This document shows positions 1 through 13,512 of a DNA stretch of 64,000 nt, piece after piece. Positions within the stretch are counted from its first letter, which is position 1; every line of letters begins with the position of its first letter. The notes under the pieces are model-generated. The model saw only the letters and a program-made list of their open reading frames with translations. It was not told where the DNA came from and searched no databases. Made by a program: the position numbers and the translations under genes. Source of the DNA: Octopus vulgaris. Its lineage: Eukaryota. The stretch is taken from contig OX597815.1 in assembly GCA_951406725.2 (NCBI GenBank), positions 150,660,001-150,724,000 on the forward strand, in the 5' to 3' direction.

Positions 1-440
1 CTTTGGTAATTGTCCATAGGTCCCGGCCCGAAAGTTGTCATGAACAGGCAGGTCAGGTGTTCCTCGTCGACGCCCAGATTCTGCCCGAGAACGTCGTCGC
101 ACCTCCCCTCCACTAATCCTCTATAGAACGCTTTTGTTGTAATGAAGTCGCACAAGTGTTGTCCCGGACTGCAGATTTGCTTGAGAGCAACGTGACACTC
201 GCGGTGCCATTCGTCTAGCCTCGGTCTCTGTTTGATCCACGACAGTAGTATCACTTGAAAAGGAAGGTGAGAATGGAGAGACGGGTTTTGTCTCGTATAT
301 GAAGCGCCGGAGATGTCGCAGTCTCAGCGCATGTCTGCGCATCTTCAACCACGGCATGCCTAGCCCTCCATTTATGATAGAAAACACTTGCAAGTGATGG
401 CGTCCGAAAGGTAGGCCTGAACTCGAGATCACATAGCAAC
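1..440 (-). mobile_element. Decayed non-LTR retrotransposon fragment (L1/Tx1-like, region C-terminal to the RT domain)
   Basis: The minus-strand translation contains NGGLGMPWLKMRRHALRLRHLRRF, resembling the GGLG(x)P motif that follows RT in LINE ORF2. The segment is GC-rich relative to its flanks. Confidence 0.5.
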
Positions 441-620
441 GAAGCGAATTACTTAATTACACAGCAGCTTAAGCCGATCAAGTGTTGACCCATTTGAATA
501 CCACATTATCCCCTCTTTCCCTCTCCCCACACTCTCTCTATTTCTGTATGTCTGTCTGTATCCCTCACTCTGGCCAACAAACCGAATTTTCAACAGACTA
601 GGCCATATACGTATGTAAAT

Positions 621-674
<54 letters not shown>

Positions 675-709
675 AAAAAGATGTGGAACACGAGTTGTGA
701 TATATAAAA

Positions 710-1180
710 AAAGGAAATGAAGAAAATGCTGACAAAATAATTTAAGTAAGGGAGAGTATATTTAATTAGGTGAAAGTTCTTTTTACCGGTTACGCATTTG
801 TTATACTTATCAAAAGATATTTTTTTAAGAGAGATAGAGTTCCTTTCTGATAGATTTTTTTCTCTTATCTGACTTTATGCTGGGTTTACTGTCTCTTATA
901 TGTGAAAAAAGAGGCTCCAGAGTTGTTTAAGATTTGCTTGGTTTCGCGTCTAAAATTTCTTGTGGAGAATGGTCAATACAATTTTGATTGGTCATTATAA
1001 AGGGGTCACGTGAATGTTTGAATGGAAGTAGGTGTTGGGGTGAGAAAATAGGCTCCATATTAAAAAAAAATATCTTTTGATAAGCATAACAAATGCGCAA
1101 CCGGTAAAAAGAACTTTCACCTAATTAAATACACTCTCCTTTACTTAAATTATTTTGTCAGCATTTTCTTCATTTCCTTT
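710..1180. mobile_element. Fold-back element with ~120-bp inverted arms (probable Penelope-like pLTR remnant) between (TA)n tracts
   Basis: 710-828 is the reverse complement of 1060-1180 with few mismatches. Each arm carries a decayed hammerhead-like motif (TTGATAA-GCAT-aacaa-ATGC-GCAA-CCGG-TA at 1077-1106). Confidence 0.7.
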
Positions 1181-1231
<51 letters not shown>

Positions 1232-2315
1232 GTTATTTTTATTGTATTTTGTATTTTTATTTGTGTAACATCGTCTGTTTTTCCGTCCTTGTTTTCGTAT
1301 ACATTCGATGCATTCTTCCAGGGAATCTAATGCTCTTAGCTTAGTTTTTCCTTGGGGCTAGCCAGATTGGGGCAATCTCAAGATTAATCAGCCGAAATTG
1401 CGAAGATGATCCGGTTCTTGATTGAGGATAGAAAGCTTCGAATGACCCGTCCTTGTTTATTTGTATCGTCTATCTGGCTGTTTTGTTGTCCCTTTTTGTA
1501 TCACCTAGTTGTCCGGGTGTTTTGCGTTCTTGTCTCATTTTGTATTTGATATATATATATATAACGGCGTACGTACACTTTGTTCTCTTATATGTAAGCA
1601 CACATTTTACTAAATTTTGTACGATTCTATCAACCTTTCACACTTATTCGTTCATTCTACTCTTCGTTCTTTCCCCCTCTCTCACATTTCTTTGCCTTCT
1701 TTTCTTACTCACTTTTCACTTCACTATGTCCCTGTCATTTTTTTCTCACCCCTCCTTAATTCTTTTGTCCATCTGCTTCTACAACTCTCTCTCTTTTTCT
1801 CTCTCTTCTCTTCTCACGTGACCGATAGGCCAGACTGTTAGCCCTCTATTAGCGTCTGACCGTGGTCAGTGCAACATCGATATTCTTCCCTGTGTTTGTG
1901 AAAGTTTTATATCTCTGTCGTAAGGCTTCATTTCCACACACGCCAGCTGAATTCAATTCGTCCCCAATCGAAAGACACCTGTTGTTATGTCCTGTTATTA
2001 TGATTTTTATTGTATTTTGTATTTTTATTTGTGTAACATCGTCTGTTTTTCCGTCCTTGTTTTCGTATACATTCGATGCTTTATTCCAAGGAATCTAATG
2101 CTCTTAGCGTAGTTTTTCCTTGGGGCTGGCCAGATTGGAGCAATCTCAAGATTAATCAGCCGAAATTGCGAGGATGGTCCGGTTCTTGACTGAGGATAGA
2201 AAGCTTCGAATGACCCGTCCTTTTTTTTGTATCGTCTATCTGGCTGTTTTGTTGTCCCTTTTTGTATCACCTAGTTATCCGGATGTTTTGCGTTCTTGTC
2301 CCATTTTGTATTATA
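1232..2315 (+). mobile_element. Interspersed repeat in partial-tandem arrangement (possibly a non-autonomous Penelope-related element)
   Basis: 1232-1550 is a near copy of ~1992-2315. The 1564-2315 unit is homologous to the inverted copy at 7314-8022. It is flanked by microsatellites. Strand is arbitrary. Confidence 0.65.
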
Positions 2316-2316
2316 C

Positions 2317-2378
<62 letters not shown>

Positions 2379-2398
2379 ATGTGTGTACGTATGTACGT

Positions 2399-2782
2399 GG
2401 AGGCGCAATGGCCCAGTGGTTATGGCAGCGGACTCGCGGTCATAGGATCGCGGTTTCGATTCCCAGGCCGGGCGTTGTGAGTGTTTATTGAGCGAAAACA
2501 CCTAAAGATCCACAAGGATCCGGCAGGGGATGATGGCGAACCCTGCAGTACTCTTTCACGACAACTTTCTCTCACTCTTACTTCCTGTTTCTGTTATGCC
2601 TGTAATTCAAAGGGCCAGCCTTGTCGCACTCTGTGTCACGCTGAATCTCCCCGAGAACTACGTTAAGGGTACGCATGTTTGTGGAGTACTCAGCCACTTG
2701 CACGTTAATTTCACGAGCAGGCTGTTCCGTTGATTGGATCAACTGGAACATTCATCGTCGTAAGCGACGGAGTGCCAACAAC
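2399..2782 (+). mobile_element. tRNA-derived SINE, family A (GGAGGCGCAATGGCCCAGTGG head)
   Basis: Pol III A-box-like TGGCCCAGTGG and B-box-like GTTTCGATTCC. Homologous copies lie at 12668, 14373 and 51396. Confidence 0.9.
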
Positions 2783-2845
2783 GTATGTACTATTAAGTAT
2801 GTATATATATATATGTATGTATTATGTATGTATATATATATGTAC

Positions 2846-2880
<35 letters not shown>

Positions 2881-2971
2881 TGTATGTATGTATGTATGTA
2901 TGTATGTATGTATGTATGCATGTATGTGTATGTATGTTCGTATTATATATGTATATATATGTGTATGTAGG

Positions 2972-3013
<42 letters not shown>

Positions 3014-4739
3014 GGGGCTTCATATTTAATCATTCATACACCAGCCTGTTGTTTCGTTATCTTGTAGTACTGATTTTAACTATTCCTCTATAGATATATC
3101 CCCTGGCTTTCACAGAGAACCATTCCCACCACTACTCCCACCACTATCGCCACCGTGCTATTCTAACCAATTCTATCATCAACACACCACATCAAAGCAA
3201 GCTCAATATGAATAAATTTTTCGTATTCAACGAAATTCAGATTTAACTACAGAATTAACAGATAAGAAATTACAAATATTCTATTTTTCAATATGGCATC
3301 ATTATATTTATATTGTAGTTGAGAGAATTTATTGAATGTAAGTGACCGACAAAGTTATAATTGCTAGTGAAGAAGATTGCTTTGTAGAAATTGGTCGGCG
3401 AATAAAATAAATTGATTTCAGTTAAAAACGAAATTGAGATTTCTTCTGATTTATCAGTACTGGTTTTTATTTTATAGATTAATCGTTATTTATTATATGA
3501 ATCAGAGGGAGGGGAGAGAGTCGATGAAAATGAAGATACTATGTTGCTATGAATGAGTTCAAACTGCACAGAAAATAAATTTGTCGTAAGAAGAAATATT
3601 CTGCTAATCAGAATAATTTTCAAAGTTTCACATTTATAATAAAGAAACTGGCCTTAAGCATCATGTGCCTCGTGTCTGATTGGTTTTAGTTCTTTTATTG
3701 ATTTTTTGTTTGGTCTGGGCGGGGGGGGGCGTGTATTTAGTGAGCTTATCTATTTTGCTGGAAATCATTTACTTCTCTGGTAAGTTCCATGAACAAACGT
3801 ATTGTAGAAGATATGAGGTGAGCAGAAGGGCTTGGCTTATCTACCCTTCTTGGTAATGGTTCCGTCTGGAGTAAGTGGGTGTGCCCATGATACTTGCAAG
3901 CTCTTTGCAGGCCAATTGAGAAGTGTGTTCTTCAGAAAACATACTGAAAGAAAGCTTAGGTAAGGAAGGAATTGTAGAGAAATAACTGGGTATGGAGATT
4001 ACCTCTGGACATCGGAAGAGAGAAAAAAAAGACTACTATATGCAATACACGTAGACTGTATAATAGAAGTTATTGCTTATTTTTGTATTTCACAAAAATA
4101 TCAGATTGACTGAAGTGATAGAGTGTCAGACAAAATATTTTCTGGTATAATCGAGAGTGGTGGCTGTAGCCTATAGAAATAACCAAATAAATTAGCTTTA
4201 GAAGAGACACGTAACGAGGTCGAAACACTGCGATCTCTCATAGTCCTTTTATGTCAACGAATCAGGTGTGTAGTGAATACATATTTTCTAAAAGGAGACG
4301 TCCTCCGAATGCGAAATACAACAACGATTAGCATATTTGCATATGAATTTACAAGAATGTAATCAGAATAGAGAGGTCATTGTTTAACGTCTCATTGTTT
4401 GTATGCATCTGCGAATATATTTTCATTTGAATTACTACTTATTTAACATAGAAAATAATTTTTTTACTTATCTTGGCCATAGTTTGCCGAGAATAAGAGA
4501 ATAATTTAATAAATTTAAGAATGCTTTTTTGAATTTACCGCCAAAACATGTCAAGAGTCAAAGAAAAAGTTCTTATTCCGTCGTTCGATCTGCTGGAATT
4601 AATAGACATTCTCCTTTAAATCGCAAGTTTATTTTACTATCAGGGGAATCCAATATAGTCCAAAATAAACGAAGCGTTGGTTTGGCCACGGTTAGAAAGA
4701 TTTCCCTCCCTACACATCTGATCTAACGCTGAACAGCAA

Positions 4740-5640
4740 GAGGAAGGAGCCTAATCTCTTTTACTGAACCCCTAAAACGACATTTCCAAAGAAAATAGTA
4801 GTTTGAGTAAAATATAAAAAGATGTCATTAGTTTCAAAATAACAAACTGTGAGGTAAGACATGGCAAGTGAAAGGGAAGTTGTTGAAGAAATGAGTAGCG
4901 TATACGGAGGGTGTAAGTTGCTAGTAATTTCAAGTGAGCTAAGGTTTTGTAATATCAATAAACGATGCAGATGGAAGATGCAATGATTTCGTGAATCAAA
5001 GATTGTAATGTGAGTGTCAGTGAATCGTCATCAGTCAGTCAATTGGTGTTCTTTAAGGTCTAGTATATGAGGCTTGAGAACAATACACAATGACCGTCTT
5101 CCTTAAGAAATTGGTCGAAATAAGAAACCTTGTCTTTGTCATACAGGTTAAGCAATATTTTTACTTGCAACAGCGCTTGAAAGAACCATCATAGATTGAG
5201 TGGAGCGATTTACTACTTAATCCCAAGTACTCATCGATCGAGAAAATTCATAATCAAACATATTCGAACCGTTTCTATCCGTTTTATTTTTTTTTCGAGA
5301 CATGGTACAACTAAGCTTACATTATGGCATATAACCTTTTCTTTTGTAAAAATAAACAACAGAGTGATATTTGATGAAAACATGGTGTATTTGTAGCAGA
5401 GCGAAAAGCTCTGGTGAGATCGTTGTGTGTTGTTGTATACAGATACCTTGCCATCGACATCCAATTGTTTCCTTAAGTTCATACGAGCATTTTTTAAATC
5501 CTGTTGACGTTAAATTTGCCTCTCGTTCTTTTGTTATGATCATATACAATCACGTACACCAGGTATATATCTAGGGCCTCCGTCAGTCAGATTTCGCCAT
5601 ACAACTGTATCTATATGCACAGATTTCTGCAAGTTCTTGT
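4740..5640 (-). mobile_element. Highly decayed mariner/Tc1 transposase remnant
   Basis: Minus-strand LHPPYTLLISSTTS resembles the mariner LPHPPYSPDLAPSD motif. There are many stops and frameshifts. Confidence 0.45.
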
Positions 5641-5799
5641 TTTTAATCGATGATTTACAGTTGATCTGCATGCTAGCCCTCCGACTCTACAACATTTGAT
5701 GAGGTCTCAAGTCAAAGGCAAGACCAATAGATCCAGGAACTAGTGTCGTTGCATGAGATCCTGTCATAATGCAAAGAGCTGGAACAGATACTGCAAAGT

Positions 5800-5947
5800 A
5801 ACCCATATGGTACCCTAACGGTTCTGCCAATCTTATGAACTCAAAAAAGATAAACCTTGACGGCGGCGAGATTTGAACTCAGGGTGTAGAGAGATGGAGC
5901 AAATATCACGTGGTATTCTCTCCAACCTTCTGTCAAATTCGCCGTCT
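5800..5947 (-). mobile_element. Decayed SINE family C fragment
   Basis: GGCGAGATTTGAACTCAG matches the family C B-box region seen at 48610-48626. Confidence 0.55.
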
Positions 5948-5979
5948 TACCAAAAATATATTGTAGAAGTTTTAGTTAA

Positions 5980-6488
5980 CCCATTAACTGCCACTTTTTT
6001 TATTCATATTTTTTGGCTTTGCCAGGTGTCTTAGGAGTTAAAATATATAGTAATTAAATTTTCTTCATATGTGAATTATTTTGGAAATTATAAATTTTTC
6101 GAAAGTCCCAAATGGGGATCGCTGAAAAAAAGCATATTTATCCTTTTCTATTCAATTGCAATAATAAACATTTTAGTGTTTTTTTGAAACTGTAGTATCG
6201 AATGCGAATGTATATGAAATATCAATGAATGATGTAGATGGGAAATGGCAAAGAAAAAATGTTTACAAAGCAGTCAATATTTTTGTAGTTCAAAAACTGC
6301 GATTTATAACATAAAATGTCCTCTAGAATTAGCCAGAGCTAATAATGACAAACTGTAACTACTAAATATTGTTCAACACGCCTCTACAAATGCAATGTAC
6401 ATAAGCAATTCACTTTAAATACAACAAACAACCGTCAGTGAGACTGTTTTTAGTAAATCCCCAAATGGGGCTCATGGCAGGAAATGGG
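5980..6488. mobile_element. piggyBac-type MITE
   Basis: TTAA on both sides (5976-5979, 6489-6492). Terminal inverted repeats CCCATTAACTGCCA / TGGCAGGAAATGGG match at 12 of 14 positions. The internal motif CCCAAATGGGG occurs twice and there is no ORF. Confidence 0.8.
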
Positions 6489-7219
6489 TTAATGAAAAGA
6501 TTCGAAGTCTAACGGTTAGAGTGTTTGGCGCACGATCATAGACTCACGAGTGTCACAGGTTCAGTAACTTGATTGATTGAACGGCAAGTTGCGTCCTTCA
6601 GTAAAGCACATCATTTCACTCTGCTTCAATCTACTTGACTGTAAAGCTCCCCCTCTCCCTCTCTCTCTCTCCCCCTCTCTCTCTCTCTCTCTCTCTCCAG
6701 CCTCCACATCCTAGATGTGCAGCTGAGTCAAACATTGAGAGAGACGAGAGACTGCCTGTTTGTTCGCAACTACATTAAAACCTAACACAATTAATGAGAG
6801 CTTGATACATGTTTCCCAGCGATATTTCTTAGCGGGCGATGGCTGGCTCTTTTAAGTTTCAATCAGATGGACATATTAACAAGACAACTAAACTATATTT
6901 TGCTAATGATTCTATCAATTATTTTTAAAGACATGAAATAAATCTTTTACCATCGTAACATTTCGACAAATCAATAACACCTCGAAAAGCTCATTTTTCT
7001 TAAACTGTTACATGTTTCAATCAAAACCATACTTGGCACCCCACTCAAGCATTTACTCAATCATATCGATCAGAGTATGGACTTTCACGTCTCGAACTTA
7101 TTTTATCGATCTCTATTTGTACAGTACCAGACGTAATTACATTTACAAAAGACACTGGTTTTTAAGCTGTGACAAAGTAATGAGAAATTCGGAGAAACGT
7201 GCACGCACACTTACACTCT

Positions 7220-7313
<94 letters not shown>

Positions 7314-7317
<4 letters not shown>

Positions 7318-8017
7318 CAAAATGGGACAAGAACTCAAAACATCCAGACAGTAAGGTGATACAAGAAAGGGACAACAAAACATCCAGATAGATGATACAA
7401 GGAAACAAGGACGGGTCATTCGGAGTTTTCTTTCCTCAGTCGAGTTCTAGATTATCTTTGCAGTTTCGGCTGGTTATACTCGAAATTTCTCCAATCTAGC
7501 AACCCCAAGGAAAAACTAACCTAAGAGCATTAGATTCCTTGGAATAAAGTAACTAAGGTATACGAAAACAAGGACGGAAAAAAATGGAGAAGGTTACAAA
7601 AATACAAATAACAGGACATAACAGCAGGTGTCTTTCGACTAAGGACGAATTAAATTAAGCTGGCGTGTATGGAAGTAAAGCCTTACGGCAGAGATACAAG
7701 AGTTCACAGGCACATGGAAGAATATAGATGTTCCATGGACAGCGGTCGAACCAAGAAAGAAAGGTCAGGCTTGGCCGAATACCGGTCACGTGGGGACAAA
7801 AAATAAGGAGAGGCGAGAAAAAAGTACAGGGACACAATGAAGTGAAAAGAAGAGGGAAAGTGAGCATGAAGAGAAGGCAATGAAAAGTAAGAGAGGGGTG
7901 AATGAAAGAACAGGGTGGAATGAACGAAGTAAGCGTGAAAGGGCTGATAAAAAGAAGGAAAGAATTAAGGAATAAAGGAATAGAGTCGTACAAGATTTAG
8001 ATAAATATATACTTACA

Positions 8018-8022
<5 letters not shown>
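7314..8022 (-). mobile_element. Second, inverted copy of the 1564-2315 repeat family
   Basis: The reverse complement aligns by eye with 1564-2315 (e.g. ttccgtccttgttttcgtatac and gaatgacccgtccttg). It is flanked by (TA)n on both sides. Confidence 0.75.
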
Positions 8023-8076
<54 letters not shown>

Positions 8077-8212
8077 TTACATATATATATATATATACTT
8101 CAACTACAACTTCAATATCCCTACATATCTCACATCTATTCTCTTTCCTCCACTGCACTCTCTATTTTGTAGCCTATCTAAATTAACTATTATTTAACCA
8201 TCCTCTCACACC

Positions 8213-8264
8213 GTTTCCGATGAAGGGATATAATTAATAAATATCCTGGAAATAGCTGTAAGAC
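8213..8264 (+). ncRNA. Decayed minimal hammerhead ribozyme in a pLTR-like remnant (~8097-8335)
   Basis: GTTT-CCGATGA-A-GGGATAT-loop-ATATCCT-G-GAAA-TAGCTG-TA-AGAC. There is one core mismatch (CCGATGA versus CUGAUGA). Confidence 0.65.
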
Positions 8265-8335
8265 CTTCTATCTATAAATGTTCTAATATCTACACGGCCT
8301 TGTTTTTTCATTTCATTACGCAAAATATTCTTATA

Positions 8336-8588
<253 letters not shown>

Positions 8589-9199
8589 TACTGATAGACA
8601 GGCATAAGCGCATCCGTACACTTTCCGTTATTCAAACTTTACTCACAAGGCAGTCATCGGAAGCAATAGGAGAAATTACTCACCCAAAATGCCACATAGT
8701 GAAGCGAACCTGAAACCAAATGTTTGTGATGTGTGTCTCTACACCTCGTATCTTGATATAAATAATATTCCCAAAACTTTAATACAATGACAGTTGATAT
8801 TGTTACTGTGGGAGAATGATATGTAGGGAAGAATGTGCTCGAGTTTTGCTTGCTGTAAATGTTGTATGTAGTTTATATGTCTGTAGTTTATTGTAAAATA
8901 TTCATGGACGTTTTCCGTTTTCTCCAGTAATTCAAAAGCTAAAGAATTTGTCTTGGCGATCCTTTCAAAATTACAGAGCGCCTAATGTGGGTCGCGACTC
9001 TCAGGTTAGAAACCTCCGTTTTATAAAGCCTAGAAAGTTGGTTCTGGTCATTGTTTCATCGTTCATCCAACAGATGTATTTAACATACACAATACGCATG
9101 TCAAGATTTAATAAAAACCTGATGTATCGATTTGAAATTTCGTGAAAATATTATAATATCGAGAAGTCGTTTTCCAAAGAAATGGAATTTTTATATTTT

Positions 9200-10030
9200 T
9201 TGAGGAGAAATGTTATGATGAATTCTTCTCGCTCCATTCACACTCCATTGTTTTCTTAATAAATCTCATATTAAACTATTGAAATTATTCCAAATTATAG
9301 ATTTTACAAAGTAATGGCGTCTTTTGTCTGAGAGAAAATTTTCATTTTGTTCTGTGTTTCAACGTAGAATTCTATTCTTTGTATTTGTTTTGTTAGTTTT
9401 AATTCTATTTCTGCGTAATCCAGCAGTTTAATAGGTCTTAGTTTGGTTATAGTTGTGATGTTATTGGCGACGGTGCGGCTGTTGACACTTAGCCCAAAGT
9501 CAGTGGCTTCTATCACGTCTCGGTTTTGTATATAAAGTGTCCATTATTGTTTCCAATATGTGTACAACATTTTCTAAAATAAAAAGGTAGCATCTGAGGT
9601 GGAGTTTCACTGTTACTTCTAGTAATTCTAGCCACGACAGCAAGGTTTCCGCACGGCCTCCTCACACACAATAGTAATTAAGCTATATCATTATCAACCT
9701 ATATAAGCTCATATAATCTCTCCTCATTGTCTTCATTTAATGACAACATCTTTTATATTTTGCTTCATGTCCCGCCTCCATTCCTAAAAGAATTTTTCAA
9801 AACATCTCATATATTAACTATTTCTTTTGCTGCTGTCAGACCCCTGACAACAGATATACAAAGACATCTGGGCCTTGAACACTGCCCTGTCTTGTATTTA
9901 AGCATGATTCTGACGAGAACTACATTCCTCCATATGCATTACCTATTTTTCCAGAATATAATAAAATAATGCATCAGATTGCTCCTATTTCTAGCCAACA
10001 GAATGGCCACATAAAGAGGCCCCTTATTCG
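9200..10030 (-). mobile_element. Very decayed LINE RT remnant
   Basis: Minus-strand ITKLRPIKLLDYAEIELKLTKQI resembles the RT N-terminal (W/Y)RPI(S/T)LL..D.K motif. Boundaries are uncertain. Confidence 0.35.
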
Positions 10031-10159
10031 CACGTTCTTCCTTCGTGCGGCTGATATTTCACGTGCATGATTGCAGAATTTTTCAGTGAAATATCGTGAC
10101 CATATCAAAATATAATAGATTTTTCATATTACGAGAGAACGGATACATAGCGTACAAAA

Positions 10160-10226
<67 letters not shown>

Positions 10227-10775
10227 AATATAATACAATCCCATATTGCAATGCTCGAAGTAACGTTATTGACCCCGGTATGTTTAATATATACCCAATT
10301 TTGGCTCGTTGACATACACCATATATATCGCATATTGGGATTCTACGACAAAGAGCTAAAAATGTGAGAAATTAACATAGTCATATATATATATCGTGTG
10401 AGTGCATCTGCGTACGTGTGTTTCTCTGTTTGTGTGCGCGTGTGTGTGTTTGTGTATATATGCCTATGTGGATGCACGTAGAAAAGTACAATGAGTTTAT
10501 GCGTGCACAATCATATGTGTATAGCACGCATGCCAGTGAGTGTCTGACTGCATCCACTTAAAGCTAGCCTTTATTAAACTCATATTTAACAATAAGTGAT
10601 ATATATATATATATATATACGTATATATATATGCATGTATAGATATATAGATATATACGCGTGTGTATGTGTGTATACATGTATCTGTGCACGTCTTTAC
10701 ACGTCTGTGCCTGTATATATATATTTATATATATGTGTCGGGGGGTGTATAATTTACAGATATATATTAATATAC

Positions 10776-10832
<57 letters not shown>

Positions 10833-10902
10833 CATATTTAAATATATATATATAAACATATATACATGTATATACATATGTACATATACATGTGTGTTTG
10901 TG

Positions 10903-10936
<34 letters not shown>

Positions 10937-11315
10937 CGAATGTGTCTGTGTTTAGATAGAGAGGAGAGAGAAATATATAGGTAGATAGATAAATAGATAC
11001 ATACATAGATAAATAGATAGATATTGAATTATCTGTGTGTGTGTGTGTTTGATTCTAAATATATACGTGTTTGCGTGTGTGTGTATATGCATATATGCAA
11101 ATAGTGGCATGTGTGTGCCCATGTGAATGTACGTGTGTAACAAGAAAGTCTGCAAACAAGGAAGATAGAAAATGTTCGATCGTCTAATTTATGGATTTTC
11201 TAAGTATTTATTTTGACCTAACTAAATGTAATGCAATATATTTTGTGTTGAGATAGGCATCTGTTAATAAAATAATACACCGATATTGGCTCATTCGTGA
11301 GTGTGTGTGTATATT

Positions 11316-11392
<77 letters not shown>

Positions 11393-11491
11393 AGATATAT
11401 AATACATATATTCATATATATTTATATACATACATGCATACATATGAATACAGTGATTATATATATTATATATATTTTTACGTATACATGA

Positions 11492-11528
<37 letters not shown>

Positions 11529-12667
11529 AACACATATGTGTGTAAAAATATATATAATCACTGTATTCTTATTAAGATATACATGTATGCATGTATGTAT
11601 GTATATATATATATATATATATATAAGTGAAAGTAGAGAAAAGAGACATACATATATATACAGAGTTACATACATATCAGGTCATATTTTATGTATATAC
11701 ATATGTATACACACAGGAATGTATGTATATTTATACTTACATGAAAGCATATGTATCTGTAGATATAGATATGTATATATACTTATATATAAATGCGTTT
11801 GTGTATAAATATCCACACATATACAAACAAATAATATATTTGAATAGTGCACTATCATTCGTTCACACAGTTTCACATATGTGTGTTTGTGTGTGTGTGT
11901 GTGTGTGTGCTTTTGTGTTTGCGAGAGAGTATATATTTACCTATATATATCACTATGTGGTTGTTTTTGCTTATGGTGGCCGTTGCTCTATTTGCCTATT
12001 CCGTGATAGATTGCTTTATAAAATGTAATAACTCTACGTTGATATTTTAAATTATAATATAATATTGACAGTTTGTTTCGCAAGATTTTTTTTATAGCCA
12101 GTTGTAATTTTATTTACTCATATATTGTTTCCTCTAAGCTAAGATTTGATGTATTGTTTCCTATATTTTCTTTTGTAATATAATACCAAAAAAAAAAAGA
12201 CCTTCATTTTTATCATAGATTTCTCACCTCTGTCGTAAGCTCTCTAAGAGCTGCGTTCTTAACTGCAGCGAGTCGAGAGCTGAGATTCTGCAGAGCAATT
12301 TCATTTCTTTACTGGATGTCATTACACTTTTAATTCCTTGTTGAAAGCCTTTTCATATCTCGCTACCACCGTTTATGTTCAGAATGTATGAACTTCATAC
12401 GCTGCTTGTCTTGTAGTCTACCAAACGAAATATAGCGCGACCTACAGTAACTTTAGAGGAAAGGTAAAACAACGAAACTATTATTTAATTTGTAAATTAT
12501 CCGAAGCGCATGAAATTTTGTTTCTGCCTTTTGTATGGCATCCTTTAGATAACGGCATAGCTTTCGTTTGATTAATTAATTAATAATGGACTAATACACG
12601 TTTATCCACTCTTTTCTCTATAATTCTTTCAGCTCTCTAATTCTGTTGTGCTTAAACTTAAAACTGC

Positions 12668-12985
12668 GGAGGCGCAATGGCCCAGTGGTTAGGGCAGCAG
12701 ACTCGCGGTAGGAGGATCGCGGTTTCGATTCCTAGATCGGGCGTCGTGTGTGTTTATTGAGCGAAAACACCTAAAAGCTCCACGAGCCTCCGGTAAGGTG
12801 GGGTGCGACCCTGTTGTACTCTTTCGCCACAACTTTCTCTCACTCTCTCTTCCTGTTTCTTGAGTAACGCTGCGATGGACTGGCTTCCCGTCCAGCTGGG
12901 GGCAACACATACGCCCAAAAAAAACCGGGAAACCGGGTCCATGAGCCTGGCTATGCTTGAAAAGGGCGACACTTATCGTTTATCG
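12668..12985 (+). mobile_element. SINE family A head and body with an alternative 3' tail
   Basis: Matches 2399-2591 up to cttcctgtttct, then continues with an unrelated tail (GCGATGGACTGGCTTCCCGTCCAG...). Confidence 0.85.
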
Positions 12986-13481
12986 TAAACTTAAAACCAA
13001 ACGCTATATTGTGTCTTAAAGTCGTGCGAATCTTAGTTAGCGGCTTTCATTTGTGTCATAGTATGATTAATATTATAATACTGATAGCGCTCTTTGAGAA
13101 AGCATTATTGCCACGCAGGGAAACACTCTTTCAGCAAGTGATTTGTTTGGCCTTATGTAAGCATGCAAATTGCTCACGTTGCATATACACATAAAAAGTT
13201 AGATAAATATACATATACCTTTTGCGGGGACAGATTTTGCTTTTCATCCTTTTGGGGTCGAATAAATAAGTACCAGTTAGGCACTGGGGTCGATATAATC
13301 GACTTAATCCTTTTGTTTGTGCCCTCTATGTTTAGCACCCTGTAGGTAATAAATAGATATATATTTAAAGTGCACCCTTATATTGTGTGCCGAGTCCTTT
13401 GAGTACATGGCCACATAATTTCAGGTACGTTTATACTCACAAATACACACACACACACACACGTACACACACACACACACA

Positions 13482-13512
<31 letters not shown>

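Noticed and set aside
2185-2225. CTGAGGA...GAA...GTC hammerhead-like string in the 1232/1992/7314 repeat family
   Set aside because: It has GAAT instead of GAAA, and stems I and III cannot be formed.
2399-2475. SINE heads as functional tRNA genes
   Set aside because: They continue into SINE bodies, occur as multiple diverged copies and lack proper acceptor stems.
4195-4240. TAGAAGA-GAC...GTC-GAAAC possible decayed hammerhead
   Set aside because: There are two core mismatches and no stem I or III support.
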